Shown piece after piece: positions 9,361 to 24,650 of a DNA stretch of 32,000 nucleotides (within the stretch, counting starts at the first letter, position 1; the number at the start of each line of letters is the position of its first letter). Made by a program: the position numbers and the translations under genes. The DNA lies in NCBI GenBank assembly GCA_025060415.1, contig JANXBT010000001.1:459628-491627 (forward strand), written 5' to 3'. A model generated the notes under the pieces. It was not told the origin of the DNA and did no database searches. It worked only from the letters and a program-made list of their open reading frames with translations. This DNA is from Candidatus Bipolaricaulota bacterium (GTDB taxonomy: Bacteria; Bipolaricaulota; Bipolaricaulia; Bipolaricaulales; Bipolaricaulaceae).

Positions 9361-9945
9361 ATGGATCGGGTCCCGGAGGCGCTCGCGGGCTTTTCCCTCC
9401 TTTCGGATCGGGAGATCCTGGCCCTCTGCCAGGGCGAGCGGCCGATGATCACCCCCTTCGTGCCCCGCCAGGAGGGCAAGCCCTCCTACGGCCTTTCCTC
9501 CTTCGGCTACGACATCCGCTTGGGCCGGAGGTTCCTGGTCCCCCTGGGCGGGGTCAACGCCGTTTTGGATCCGGTGAACTTCCCGCGGGAGCTGTTCCGC
9601 GAGCTTGTCGCAGAGGACGTGTTCGAGCTGGCGCCCCACTCCCAGGTCCTCGCGGAGTCGGTGGAGACGTTTTGGATGCCGGACGACGTGCTGGGCGTGT
9701 GCTGGGGGAAGTCCAGCTACGCGCGCTGCGGCCTCCTTGTGAACGTGACGCCCCTGGAGCCGCGCTGGCGGGGCCGGCTTACCCTGGAATTGGCCAACCT
9801 CTCCCCCTTGCCCATCCGCCTCCATGTGGGCCAGGGGATTGCGCAGGTCGTGTTCTTCCGGGGGAGGCGGCCGGCCCGCGGCTACGACGAGAAGGAGGCC
9901 GGCGGCCTCTACCAGGACCAGCCCGGCGCCACCCTCCCCAGGTGA
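9361..9945 (+). CDS. dcd: dCTP deaminase family protein
   Basis: SSFGYDIRLG, WGKSSYARCGLLVNVTPLEPRWRGRLTLELANLSPLPIRLHVGQGIAQVVFF. Confidence 0.9.
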   Translation: MDRVPEALAGFSLLSDREILALCQGERPMITPFVPRQEGKPSYGLSSFGYDIRLGRRFLVPLGGVNAVLDPVNFPRELFRELVAEDVFELAPHSQVLAESVETFWMPDDVLGVCWGKSSYARCGLLVNVTPLEPRWRGRLTLELANLSPLPIRLHVGQGIAQVVFFRGRRPARGYDEKEAGGLYQDQPGATLPR

Positions 9946-9948
9946 GCC

Positions 9949-10356
9949 ATGTTCCCTGGCGTCTCCGAAGCGGAGCTCGTGCGGAGGGCCGTGGAGGCCC
10001 GCGCCCGGGCCTACGCCCCCTATTCGGGCTTCGCCGTGGGCGCGGCCCTTCTGGCCAAGGACGGCCGGGTCTTCACCGGCTGCAACGTGGAGAACGCCTC
10101 CTACGGGCTCACGGTGTGCGCGGAGCGCGTGGCCCTTTTCAAGGCGGTCTCCGAGGGCGCGCGGGAGTTCGTGGCCTTGGCCGTGGCCTGCGGGGCGGGG
10201 CCCTGCGCGCCCTGCGGGGCCTGCCGCCAAGCCCTCTACGAGTTCGCCCCCGACCTCCTCCTGATCCTGGCCGATGGGGAGGGCCGCGCCTGGCGCACCG
10301 CCCGCCTCGCGGAGCTCCTGCCCCACGGCTTCGGCCCCAAGGACCTGGCGCGATGA
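9949..10356 (+). CDS. cdd: Cytidine deaminase
   Basis: AYAPYSGFAVGAALL, GCNVENASYGLTVCAERVAL, CGAGPCAPCGACRQALYEF. Confidence 0.93.
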   Translation: MFPGVSEAELVRRAVEARARAYAPYSGFAVGAALLAKDGRVFTGCNVENASYGLTVCAERVALFKAVSEGAREFVALAVACGAGPCAPCGACRQALYEFAPDLLLILADGEGRAWRTARLAELLPHGFGPKDLAR

Positions 10357-12422
10357 GGCTCCTTGGGCTTTTGGTTTTGGTGGCCTGGGCCGGCTGGGCC
10401 GCTGAAGTTCGCCTTCAGGAAAGCCCCTTTGGGTTGAGCCTCGCGTGGGAGGGGCGCGAGCTCGTGCGCCTGGGGCAGGGCGGGCGCCCCGCCTTTTACG
10501 TGCAAAGCTGGCCGGGGCGCGTGGAGCTCCGCCGCCTCTTGTCCGTCCGGGAGGAGCTCACGGGGAGGACCCTGGTCTTTCGCACCTCCGACGGGCGGCG
10601 GGCCGAGGTGGCCCTGAGCCACGCCCAAGAGGGCACGGTCCGGCTCACGTTCCGCGTGGAGGGGAAGGCCCGCTGGGAGCGGTTGGGCGTGGTCCTGGAG
10701 GTCACCCCCGACGAGGGCTTTTACGGGCTTTTGGAGTGCCCAACGCAGGGGCTTTTCCACGAGTTCTTCCCGCCCCGGGGCGGGGACCTCGACCTGCGCG
10801 GGCAGACGGTCTGGCTCTACACCCTGCCCACGCACGCCCTCTACGCCCCGTTCTTCGTGTCCTCCCGCGGCTGGGGCCTCTGGGTGGAGAGCTCCTGGCC
10901 CGGGATCTTCCGCTTTGGCACGCGCAAACCCACGGAGGTCACCCTCGAGTACGAGGGCCCCGCGCTCACGCTGCGCCTGATCCCCGGCCCCACGCCCCTG
11001 GAAGCGGTCGCCCGTTACGCCCGCCTCACCGGCACCACGGTCCTGCCGCCCCGCTGGGCGTTGGGGATCTGGCGCTGGCGCGACGAGGTCTTCGCCCATC
11101 CCACGCTCGCCGATGGCACGCCCAACCCCCTCCCCTTCAACTCCATGGTGGTGGAGGACGTGCTGTGGATGGAGGCCTTAGGGGTCAAGCCGGCGGTGTA
11201 CGTGCTGGACCGGCCCTGGGCGGAGGGCACCCTGGGCTACGGCAACCTGCAGTTCGACCCCCAGCGCTTTCCCCACGCGGGGGCCATGGTCCGCTGGCTC
11301 CGGGAAAAGGGCATCATGCCCGTGCTTTGGGTCGGCCCGTGGCTCCTGGACGGGCTCCGGCGGGAGGCGGAGGCCCGGGGGTTCACGGTTCGCCGCGTCG
11401 TCCCCTTCCCGCCCGGGGCCGCCCTCCTGGATTTCACCCACCCCCAAGCCGTGGCGTGGTGGCAGGAAAAGCTCCGGCCGCTGGTGGAATTGGGGATCGC
11501 CGGATTCAAACTGGATCGGGGGGAGGAGAGCACCCCGGACGGCCTCCTCTTGCGGGGGAGCTACCACGATGGCACGGATTACCGGGCGGGCCACAACCTT
11601 TATCCCCTGTGGTTCGCCCAGGCGGCCCGCGGGGTCTTCGCCCGCGCGGGGGTTGCGGAGTTCGTGCTCTACTACCGGGCGGGCTGGACGGGGAGCGCGG
11701 CCGTGACGTTGGTCTGGGGCGGCGATCACCACGCGAGCTTTTGGGGGCTTAGGGAGTCGATCCTCGCTCTTCAGCGCGCGGCCGCCCTCAACTTCCCCCT
11801 TTGGGGCTCCAACACCGGCGGCTACGTGGGCCGGCCCACCCGGGAGCTCTTCGCCCGCTGGCTTGCCTTCTCCTGCTTCTCCCCCCTCATGGACCTCGGC
11901 CCCTTGGGGAACCTCGCGCCCTGGGCGTGGGCTCCGGACGGCGCCCCTGCGCCCGTGGGCCCGGAGGGCTACGGCTTCCGTCCCTATTGGGATGAGGAAC
12001 TCGTGGCCCTCCTGGCCTTCTACGGCCGTTTGCGCCAAGACCTCGTGGATTACCTCTACGCCCTGGCCGAGGAGGCGCACCGCACGGGCCTCCCCCTGGT
12101 GCGGCCCATGGCCCTGGCCTACCCGGAGGAGGGGGAGTTGCGGCGGCGGTGGGACCAGTACCTTTTGGGTCCGGACCTCCTTGTGCGCCCCGTCTGGGAG
12201 GCAGGGGCCAAGCGGGTGCGCCTTCGCCTTCCGCCGGGGCGCTGGTACGACCCTTGGACGGGGCGGACCCATACGGGCCCGGCGGAGCTGGAGGTGGACG
12301 TGCCGCTCCACCGAATCCCCCTGTGGGTTCGGGAGGGCTCGCCCCTGGGGGCGGCGTTGGGGGACTTGGAGGGGCGCTGGGCCCGGGTGTGCCAGGAGGT
12401 GCGGGGGCTCAGGCCGAAATAA
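10353..12422 (+). CDS. Secreted glycoside hydrolase family 31 (alpha-glucosidase/xylosidase-like)
   Basis: Signal peptide MRLLGLLVLVAWAGWAAE; FVSSRGWGLWVESS; GIAGFKLDRGEE nucleophile region; VWGGDHHASFWGLRESI acid/base region; ATGA overlap with cdd stop. Confidence 0.88.
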   Translation: MRLLGLLVLVAWAGWAAEVRLQESPFGLSLAWEGRELVRLGQGGRPAFYVQSWPGRVELRRLLSVREELTGRTLVFRTSDGRRAEVALSHAQEGTVRLTFRVEGKARWERLGVVLEVTPDEGFYGLLECPTQGLFHEFFPPRGGDLDLRGQTVWLYTLPTHALYAPFFVSSRGWGLWVESSWPGIFRFGTRKPTEVTLEYEGPALTLRLIPGPTPLEAVARYARLTGTTVLPPRWALGIWRWRDEVFAHPTLADGTPNPLPFNSMVVEDVLWMEALGVKPAVYVLDRPWAEGTLGYGNLQFDPQRFPHAGAMVRWLREKGIMPVLWVGPWLLDGLRREAEARGFTVRRVVPFPPGAALLDFTHPQAVAWWQEKLRPLVELGIAGFKLDRGEESTPDGLLLRGSYHDGTDYRAGHNLYPLWFAQAARGVFARAGVAEFVLYYRAGWTGSAAVTLVWGGDHHASFWGLRESILALQRAAALNFPLWGSNTGGYVGRPTRELFARWLAFSCFSPLMDLGPLGNLAPWAWAPDGAPAPVGPEGYGFRPYWDEELVALLAFYGRLRQDLVDYLYALAEEAHRTGLPLVRPMALAYPEEGELRRRWDQYLLGPDLLVRPVWEAGAKRVRLRLPPGRWYDPWTGRTHTGPAELEVDVPLHRIPLWVREGSPLGAALGDLEGRWARVCQEVRGLRPK

Positions 12423-12426
12423 AAAA

Positions 12427-12545
<119 letters not shown>

Positions 12546-12552
12546 ATCGCCC

Positions 12553-12582
12553 GCGGTCCAGAGAAGTGAATAGGGCGTCCGC

Positions 12583-12590
<8 letters not shown>
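12553..12590 (-). promoter_or_regulatory. 3' arm of the 23S precursor processing stem
   Basis: Minus strand CTTGCGCAGCGGACGCCCTATTCACTTctctGGACCGC is complementary to the 5' arm at 15620..15658. Confidence 0.75.
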
Positions 12591-15619
<3,029 letters not shown>

Positions 15620-15628
<9 letters not shown>

Positions 15629-15658
15629 CGGACGCCCTATTCACTTGTCAAGGACCGC
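15620..15658 (-). promoter_or_regulatory. 5' arm of the 23S precursor processing stem
   Basis: Minus strand GCGGTCCttgacAAGTGAATAGGGCGTCCGCTGTGCAAG pairs with 12553..12590 (one G-U wobble and one internal loop). Confidence 0.75.
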
Positions 15659-15671
15659 GAACGGCACCCCC

Positions 15672-15699
15672 ATTATACGTCCGGGCCTCGTCCGGACAA
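15672..15699 (-). promoter_or_regulatory. Candidate rRNA promoter P2 (proximal)
   Basis: Minus strand TTGTCC (15694..15699) - 16 nt - TATAAT (15672..15677). Confidence 0.65.
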
Positions 15700-15713
15700 G
15701 GGGGCGAGGCCCT

Positions 15714-15742
15714 ATTATACGGGGCCGCCCTCCCCCGTCCAG
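15714..15742 (-). promoter_or_regulatory. Candidate rRNA promoter P1 (distal), overlaps rsfS 3' end
   Basis: Minus strand CTGGAC (15737..15742) - 17 nt - TATAAT (15714..15719). Confidence 0.6.
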
Positions 15743-16071
15743 CCCTCCACCACCTTCTCCGGCCAGATGCCCTCCAGGTCGTAGAAGCTCCGCACCTCCC
15801 GGGGGAAGAGGTGGACCACGAAGTCCCCGTAGTCCAGGAGGACCCAGCGCCCGTCGGCCAGGCCCTCGGTGTGCCGGGGCGCCACGGGCAGCTTCTCCAT
15901 GAGGTGCGCGGCGATGGCCCGCACGTGGAGGGGGTTTTCGCCCTCGGCGATGAGGAAGAAGTCCGTGGGAATGGAGGTGTCCCGCAGGTCCAGGAGGACC
16001 AACCGGTCGCCCTTCTTGTCGGCGATGAGGGCCGCGGCCCGCCGCAGGAGCTCGCCCTCAGGACCCCACAT
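15715..16071 (-). CDS. rsfS: Ribosome silencing factor RsfS
   Basis: [27 protein letters not shown]...[12 protein letters not shown]...[34 protein letters not shown]. Confidence 0.93.
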   Translation of the reverse strand: MWGPEGELLRRAAALIADKKGDRLVLLDLRDTSIPTDFFLIAEGENPLHVRAIAAHLMEKLPVAPRHTEGLADGRWVLLDYGDFVVHLFPREVRSFYDLEGIWPEKVVEGWTGEGGPV

Positions 16072-17152
16072 CGAACCCCACCCCCAGGAGGAGCACCACG
16101 TCCGCGCCCTCGGGCCAGCCGCCCAGCCGCTCCAGGCCGAACGCCTCCGCGGCGAGCACGGCCACCTCCCTGGGGAGCACGGCCCGCACCAGCTCGGCCC
16201 GCTCCTCCGCGCCCCGCCGCACCAGGAGGAGGCTTCGGGCGTAGTCCGGGCGGTCCGCCGGCCCCACCCCCACCACCGTGAACCCCCGCGCCGCGAGCCA
16301 GGCCGCGGCGCGCGTGGCCAAAAACCGCTCCCGCGTGCCGTTCAGGAGGAACACGCGCACCTCCTCCCGCGTGAGGGGGGCGCGGCCGGAGACCCAAGCC
16401 GCCCGCAGCTTGCGGATGCGCACCACGTCCGGCATGAGCCGCCCATCCTCCCGGGCCACGGGTACCACCTCCACCCGGGCCGGGGCCCGGGCCAGGCCCT
16501 CCCAGAAATCCCGGGCCGTCCAAGCGGAGAACTGGGGCGGGGTGAGGAAGCGGCGGAGGAGGGCAGGGGCGTTCTGGGCCCGGGCCACGAAATCCTCCAC
16601 GAAGGCGCGCACCCCCGCCAGGTCGGGCTCCCCCCGGTAGCGCAGGAGGTAGGCCAGGAACTGGCGGGATCGGGGGCCGTCCAGGAGCTGTTCCCCGGCG
16701 GGGAGGTCGATGGACACCCGCCGGAGGGGGTCTTGGAAGAGCAGGCGCTCCTCGGGCCGGGCGAGCACCCCGCCCAACTCCCGCACCAGGGCGTCCCAGG
16801 TGGCCGGCAGGACCTCCGCCACCCCCGCGAGGGGGAGCTCGAGGAGCGCGGCGAGGGCGGAAACGGCCTTCTCCCCCCCTTCCGCGAGGGGGCGCCAGCC
16901 GCCCTCCCCGGGCAGGTGGAGGCCTCCCGGCACCACCACCCAGGCCCCCTGGCCCTGGGGGAGGAGGGTCACGAGGAGGGCGAGGTCCGGGCCGGGCGCG
17001 TCGGGGGGGATCCCCGTGCGGACCAGGAGGAGGAGGGAGAACGGCTCCCCCTGGGCCAGGGCCCGCCGCACCTCCGTGCGGGTGAAGGCGAAGAACAGGG
17101 CCGCGCCCAGCCCCAGGAGGACGAGCCCCAAAAGGACCGGAAGGCGCCGCAT
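16058..17152 (-). CDS. LytR/CpsA/Psr (LCP)-like protein with LytR C-terminal-like domain; N-terminal TM segment
   Basis: N-terminal [23 protein letters not shown]; [29 protein letters not shown] resembles the LCP core; [43 protein letters not shown] resembles LytR_C. Confidence 0.65.
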   Translation of the reverse strand: MRRLPVLLGLVLLGLGAALFFAFTRTEVRRALAQGEPFSLLLLVRTGIPPDAPGPDLALLVTLLPQGQGAWVVVPGGLHLPGEGGWRPLAEGGEKAVSALAALLELPLAGVAEVLPATWDALVRELGGVLARPEERLLFQDPLRRVSIDLPAGEQLLDGPRSRQFLAYLLRYRGEPDLAGVRAFVEDFVARAQNAPALLRRFLTPPQFSAWTARDFWEGLARAPARVEVVPVAREDGRLMPDVVRIRKLRAAWVSGRAPLTREEVRVFLLNGTRERFLATRAAAWLAARGFTVVGVGPADRPDYARSLLLVRRGAEERAELVRAVLPREVAVLAAEAFGLERLGGWPEGADVVLLLGVGFDVGS

Positions 17153-17159
17153 CGGGGAA

Positions 17160-17189
17160 AAGTTAGCCCCCCGTTCCCCGGTTCGTCAA
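17160..17189 (-). promoter_or_regulatory. Candidate promoter for LCP-rsfS
   Basis: Minus strand TTGACG (17184..17189) - 18 nt - TAACTT (17160..17165), 7 nt before ATG. Confidence 0.5.
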
Positions 17190-17197
17190 ACCGCGGG

Positions 17198-17225
17198 TTG
17201 CGCGGGGCGGCGGAGCGAGTAGGCT
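17198..17225 (+). promoter_or_regulatory. Candidate promoter for AMMECR1-mtaB-phoH-ligA
   Basis: TTGCGC (17198..17203) - 16 nt - TAGGCT (17220..17225), 8 nt before GTG start. Confidence 0.35.
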
Positions 17226-17233
17226 CTTTTTCC

Positions 17234-17755
17234 GTGCGCGTCCGCGATCCCTACGTGGAGTTGGCTCGGCGGGCCATCGAGGCCTGGGTGCGGGAGGGCC
17301 GGCGCCTGGCCCCGCCCCCGGACCTCCCCCCGGAGCTCCTTTCCCGGCGGGCGGGCGCCTTCGTGTCCCTCAAAAAGCACGGGGTGCTGCGGGGCTGCAT
17401 CGGCACCTATCAGCCCACGGAGGAGAACCTCGCCCAGGAGATCATCGAGAACGCCATCCGCGCGGCCACCGAGGACCCCCGCTTCCCGCCCGTGCGGCCC
17501 GAGGAGCTGCCCGAGCTCGCCATCACCGTGGACGTGCTCTCCCCCCCGGAGCCCTGCACCGAGGCGGACCTGGATCCCAAGCGGTACGGGGTGATCGTGG
17601 AGAGGGGCTGGCGCCGGGGCCTCCTTCTGCCCGACCTCCCCGGCGTGGACACGGCGGCGGAGCAGCTGCGCATCGCCAAGCTGAAGGCCGGCCTCGCCCC
17701 CGACGAGCCCTGCCGGCTCTATCGGTTCACGGTGGAGCGCCACGGGGAAAAATGA
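17234..17755 (+). CDS. AMMECR1 domain protein
   Basis: GTG at 17234; [52 protein letters not shown]. The track ORF beginning at 15869 is an open-frame extension over antisense DNA. Confidence 0.9.
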   Translation: MRVRDPYVELARRAIEAWVREGRRLAPPPDLPPELLSRRAGAFVSLKKHGVLRGCIGTYQPTEENLAQEIIENAIRAATEDPRFPPVRPEELPELAITVDVLSPPEPCTEADLDPKRYGVIVERGWRRGLLLPDLPGVDTAAEQLRIAKLKAGLAPDEPCRLYRFTVERHGEK

Positions 17756-18937
17756 GGGTGTTCGTGCACGCCCTGGGCTGCCGCGTCAACCAGTACGAGG
17801 CCCAGTACCTCCGGGAGCGCCTGGAGGCCCTCCCCGGCGAGGGCGAGGTCCATGTGGTGAACACCTGCACCGTCACGGCCCTGGCGGATCGCAAGTCCCG
17901 CAAGCTCGTGGCCCAGCTCAAGAGGGAGCGCCCGGGGGCGCTGGTGGTGGCGGTGGGCTGCGGGGCGGATGGGGCGCGGGCCGGGCTTTTGCGGGCCGGG
18001 GCGGACCTCGTGGTGGGCAACCGGGACAAGGCCCGCCTCCCCCAGATCCTCCAGGCCTATCTGCAGGGGATCCCTTTGGCGGCGGAGGGCTGGCCGGAGC
18101 TCCAGGAGGAGCGGGTGCGCGGGCCGTTCCCGCGGACGCGGGCCCTCCTCAAGGTCCAGGACGGCTGTACGCAGGCGTGCACCTTTTGCCGCACCTGGCA
18201 GGTGCGGGGCCCCCTCCGCAGCAAGCCCCCCCAGGCGGCGCGCGCGGAGGCCCAGGCCCTGGCCGAGGCCGGCCACAGGGAGATCGTGGTCACGGGCGTG
18301 AACCTGGCCCAGTACGGCTTGGACCTCCCCGAGCGCCCCGCCTTGGCGGACCTGCTTGAGGAGCTTTTGCGCGTCCCGGGGGTGCGCTACCGCCTGACCT
18401 CCTTGAACCCGGAGGGCCTCACGCCCGCGCTCCTGCGCCTCTTCGCCGCGGAGCCCCGGCTCTGCCCCTACCTCCACATGCCCCTCCAGTCCGGGGACGA
18501 CCGGGTCCTGGCGGCCATGGGCCGGGCCTACACCGCCGCGGAGTACAAGGAGAAGGCCTTGTCGTTCTTGAGCGCCGTGCCCAAGGCCACCCTGGGGGCG
18601 GACGTGCTGGTGGGCTTCCCCGGGGAGGACGCGGCGGCCTTCGCCCGGACCGTGGAGCTCCTGGAGGCCCTCCAGCCCCTGAACCTCCACATCTTTCGGT
18701 ACTCCCCGCGTCCGGGCACGCCCGCGGCGGCCCTCCCCGGCCGGGTCCCCAAGGAGGAGGCGGCGCGGCGCAGCGCCGAGCTTTCCGTTCTAGCTCGGCG
18801 TTGGTCCCTCGCCGTCCGCCGGCGCTTCCTCGGCACCGCCCTGGCGCTCCTCGTGGAGGAGGCGGAGGGGCCGTGGTGGGTGGGGCACACCGAGAACTAC
18901 CTCCGCGTGGGGGTGGCGAAATCCGCGCCCCTCGCGC

Positions 18938-22864
<3,927 letters not shown>

Positions 22865-22873
22865 CCCGCGAAA

Positions 22874-22901
22874 AGTGTAGCGCTCCCACCTGGGGCGACA
22901 A
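22874..22901 (-). promoter_or_regulatory. Candidate promoter of the sigma factor gene
   Basis: Minus strand TTGTCG (22896..22901) - 16 nt - TACACT (22874..22879), 9 nt before ATG. Confidence 0.5.
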
Positions 22902-22904
22902 GAC

Positions 22905-22932
22905 TTGCGCGTCGCCCCCGATCGCGTACACT
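22905..22932 (+). promoter_or_regulatory. Candidate promoter of the cold-shock protein gene
   Basis: TTGCGC (22905..22910) - 16 nt - TACACT (22927..22932). Confidence 0.45.
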
Positions 22933-23047
22933 GGCCCTCGCCGGACCGCACGAAGTGCAGCACCGAAGTGGCTGTTGGGGGTTTCCCCCAGCCAGCTGTA
23001 GGGCGCATGGAGTCGGTCGAGCTTCAAAGGAAAGGGGGGAACTCCCA

Positions 23048-23248
23048 ATGGCCAGAGGCAAAGTGAAGTGGTTCGACGAGGCCAAGGGCTACGGCTTCAT
23101 CGCCCAGGAGAACGGGCCGGACGTGTTCGTGCACTTTTCGGCCATCGACATGCCGGGCTTCAAGACCTTGCGCGAGGGTCAGATCGTGGAGTTTGACATC
23201 GAGCAGGGTCCGAAGGGCCCGCAGGCCAAGAACGTGAAGCCGCGCTGA
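23048..23248 (+). CDS. Cold shock domain protein
   Basis: [34 protein letters not shown]...[20 protein letters not shown]. Confidence 0.97.
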   Translation: MARGKVKWFDEAKGYGFIAQENGPDVFVHFSAIDMPGFKTLREGQIVEFDIEQGPKGPQAKNVKPR

Positions 23249-23270
23249 GCGGGTTTCCGCGCGGGAAGAC

Positions 23271-23300
23271 GAGGGGGCCGGTGCGGCCCCCTCTTTTTTT
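23271..23300 (+). terminator. Rho-independent terminator downstream of the cold-shock gene
   Basis: GAGGGGGCCG-GTG-CGGCCCCCTC (10-bp stem) followed by T7. Confidence 0.9.
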
Positions 23301-24579
23301 ACCCCCCCAGCACCCGGCGGTAGATCGCCTCCACGTGGGCCAGGGCCCGTTCGGGGCAGAAGATCGCCGCGAGGTCGGGGACCAGGGCCCGCACCCGCGC
23401 CTCCTCCTGGGCCACCGCGGCCAGGGGGCGGCCTTCGGCCGCGGCGCGGCGGCTCAGCTCCGCCACCAGCCCATGGGCCTCCTTCCGCCCCATCCCGGCC
23501 CGCACCAGCGCCAAAAGCAGCCCCTCCGAGAACGGGAAGCCCCGGGCCTCCTCCACGTTCCGCCGCATGCGCTCGGGGAAAACCACGAGCTCACGCAGAA
23601 GCTTGGCGGCCCGGCTCAGCATGTAGTCCACAAGAACGAAGCTTTGGGGGAACAGCACGCGCTCCACCGAGGAGTGGGACATGTCCCGTTCGTGCCAGAG
23701 GGCGTTGTTCTCCAGGGCGGGCCCGAGCGCGGCCCGCACGAGGCGGGCCAGGCCGCACAGGCGCTCGGAGAGGATGGGGTTGCGCTTGTGGGGCATGGCC
23801 GAGGACCCCTCCGGCCGGCCTTCCGCCACCTCCCCCACCTCCGCGCGGGAAAGGAGGCGGATCTCCAGGGCGATCTTTTCCACCAGGGAGGCCGCGGAGG
23901 CCAGGGCGAAGAACACCTCCGCGTAGCGGTCGCGGCTGATCACCTGGCTGGCGACGGGGCAGGGGGCCAGCCCCAGCCTTCGCAAGGCCCGCTCCTCCGC
24001 CTCCGGAGGGAAGAACCCGTAGGTCCCCACGGCGCCCGAGAGCTTCCCCACGGAGACCGCCTCCTTTGCGCGCACCAGCCTCTCCTCCACCCGCCGGAGC
24101 TCGTCGTACCAAAGGAGGAATTTGAGCCCGAACGTGGTGAGCTCGGCCCACTGGCCATGGGTCCGGCCCAGCATCACCGTGTTCTTGTGCTCCCGGGCCC
24201 GCAAGACCAGCACCTCCCCCAGCTCCCTGGCCTTCGCGGCGAGGATCTCCAGGGCCTCGCGCAGGAGGAGGGCCAGGGCGGTGTCCTTCACGTCCGAGGA
24301 GGTGAGGCCGAAGTGGAGCCAGCGGCCTTCCGGCCCCACTTCCTCCTCCAACACCCAAAGGAAGGCGATGAGGTCGTGGCCGACTTCGCGCTCGGCGGCG
24401 AGGATCTTGGCCACATCGAGGCGGGCCCGGGCGCGCACAAGCTGGGCCGTGCCCGGGGGCACCTGCCCCAGCTCCTCCAGCGCCTCCAGCGCGGCGAGCT
24501 CCACCGCCAGCCACCGCTGGTACTGGGCCTCCAGGGTCCACAGCTCCTTCATGGGCGAGAGGGCGTAGCGCTCAAGCAT
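23299..24579 (-). CDS. purB: Adenylosuccinate lyase
   Basis: [73 protein letters not shown]. Confidence 0.95.
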   Translation of the reverse strand: MLERYALSPMKELWTLEAQYQRWLAVELAALEALEELGQVPPGTAQLVRARARLDVAKILAAEREVGHDLIAFLWVLEEEVGPEGRWLHFGLTSSDVKDTALALLLREALEILAAKARELGEVLVLRAREHKNTVMLGRTHGQWAELTTFGLKFLLWYDELRRVEERLVRAKEAVSVGKLSGAVGTYGFFPPEAEERALRRLGLAPCPVASQVISRDRYAEVFFALASAASLVEKIALEIRLLSRAEVGEVAEGRPEGSSAMPHKRNPILSERLCGLARLVRAALGPALENNALWHERDMSHSSVERVLFPQSFVLVDYMLSRAAKLLRELVVFPERMRRNVEEARGFPFSEGLLLALVRAGMGRKEAHGLVAELSRRAAAEGRPLAAVAQEEARVRALVPDLAAIFCPERALAHVEAIYRRVLGG

Positions 24580-24588
24580 GGCGCAAGA

Positions 24589-24617
24589 AGGATAGGGCCT
24601 TTTTGGGGAAAGGGCCA
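24589..24617 (-). promoter_or_regulatory. Weak candidate promoter of purB
   Basis: Minus strand TGGCCC (24612..24617) - 17 nt - TATCCT (24589..24594), 9 nt before the ATG at 24579. Confidence 0.3.
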
Positions 24618-24619
24618 GG

Positions 24620-24625
24620 TATAAT
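24620..24625 (+). promoter_or_regulatory. Candidate -10 element of transketolase gene
   Basis: Perfect TATAAT 25 nt upstream of the ATG, which is preceded by GGAGGGGGG; no convincing -35. Confidence 0.45.
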
Positions 24626-24650
24626 CGCCGCGTTTGCCGAAGGAGGGGGG

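Noticed and set aside
7561-10326. 921-aa antisense ORF across the CoA synthetase, thyX, dcd and cdd
   Set aside because: Low-complexity Gly/Ala/Arg/His composition typical of GC-driven open frames; the opposite strand encodes clearly recognisable enzymes.
9672-12422. 916-aa ORF as annotated by the track
   Set aside because: Only the part from ATG 10353 (signal peptide + GH31) is supported; the upstream part is a shadow frame of dcd and cdd.
15646-15651. TTGACA-like hexamer on the minus strand within the 23S precursor stem
   Set aside because: It lies downstream of both candidate -10 boxes, has no -10 at proper spacing and is explained by the processing stem.
15659-15715. tRNA or 16S remnant upstream of 23S
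   Set aside because: The interval is only about 57 nt and is accounted for by promoter elements and an inverted repeat; no tRNA T-loop or anti-SD sequence seen.
15869-17755. 628-aa ORF ending in AMMECR1
   Set aside because: The N-terminal two thirds are antisense to LCP/rsfS; AMMECR1 homology begins at GTG 17234.
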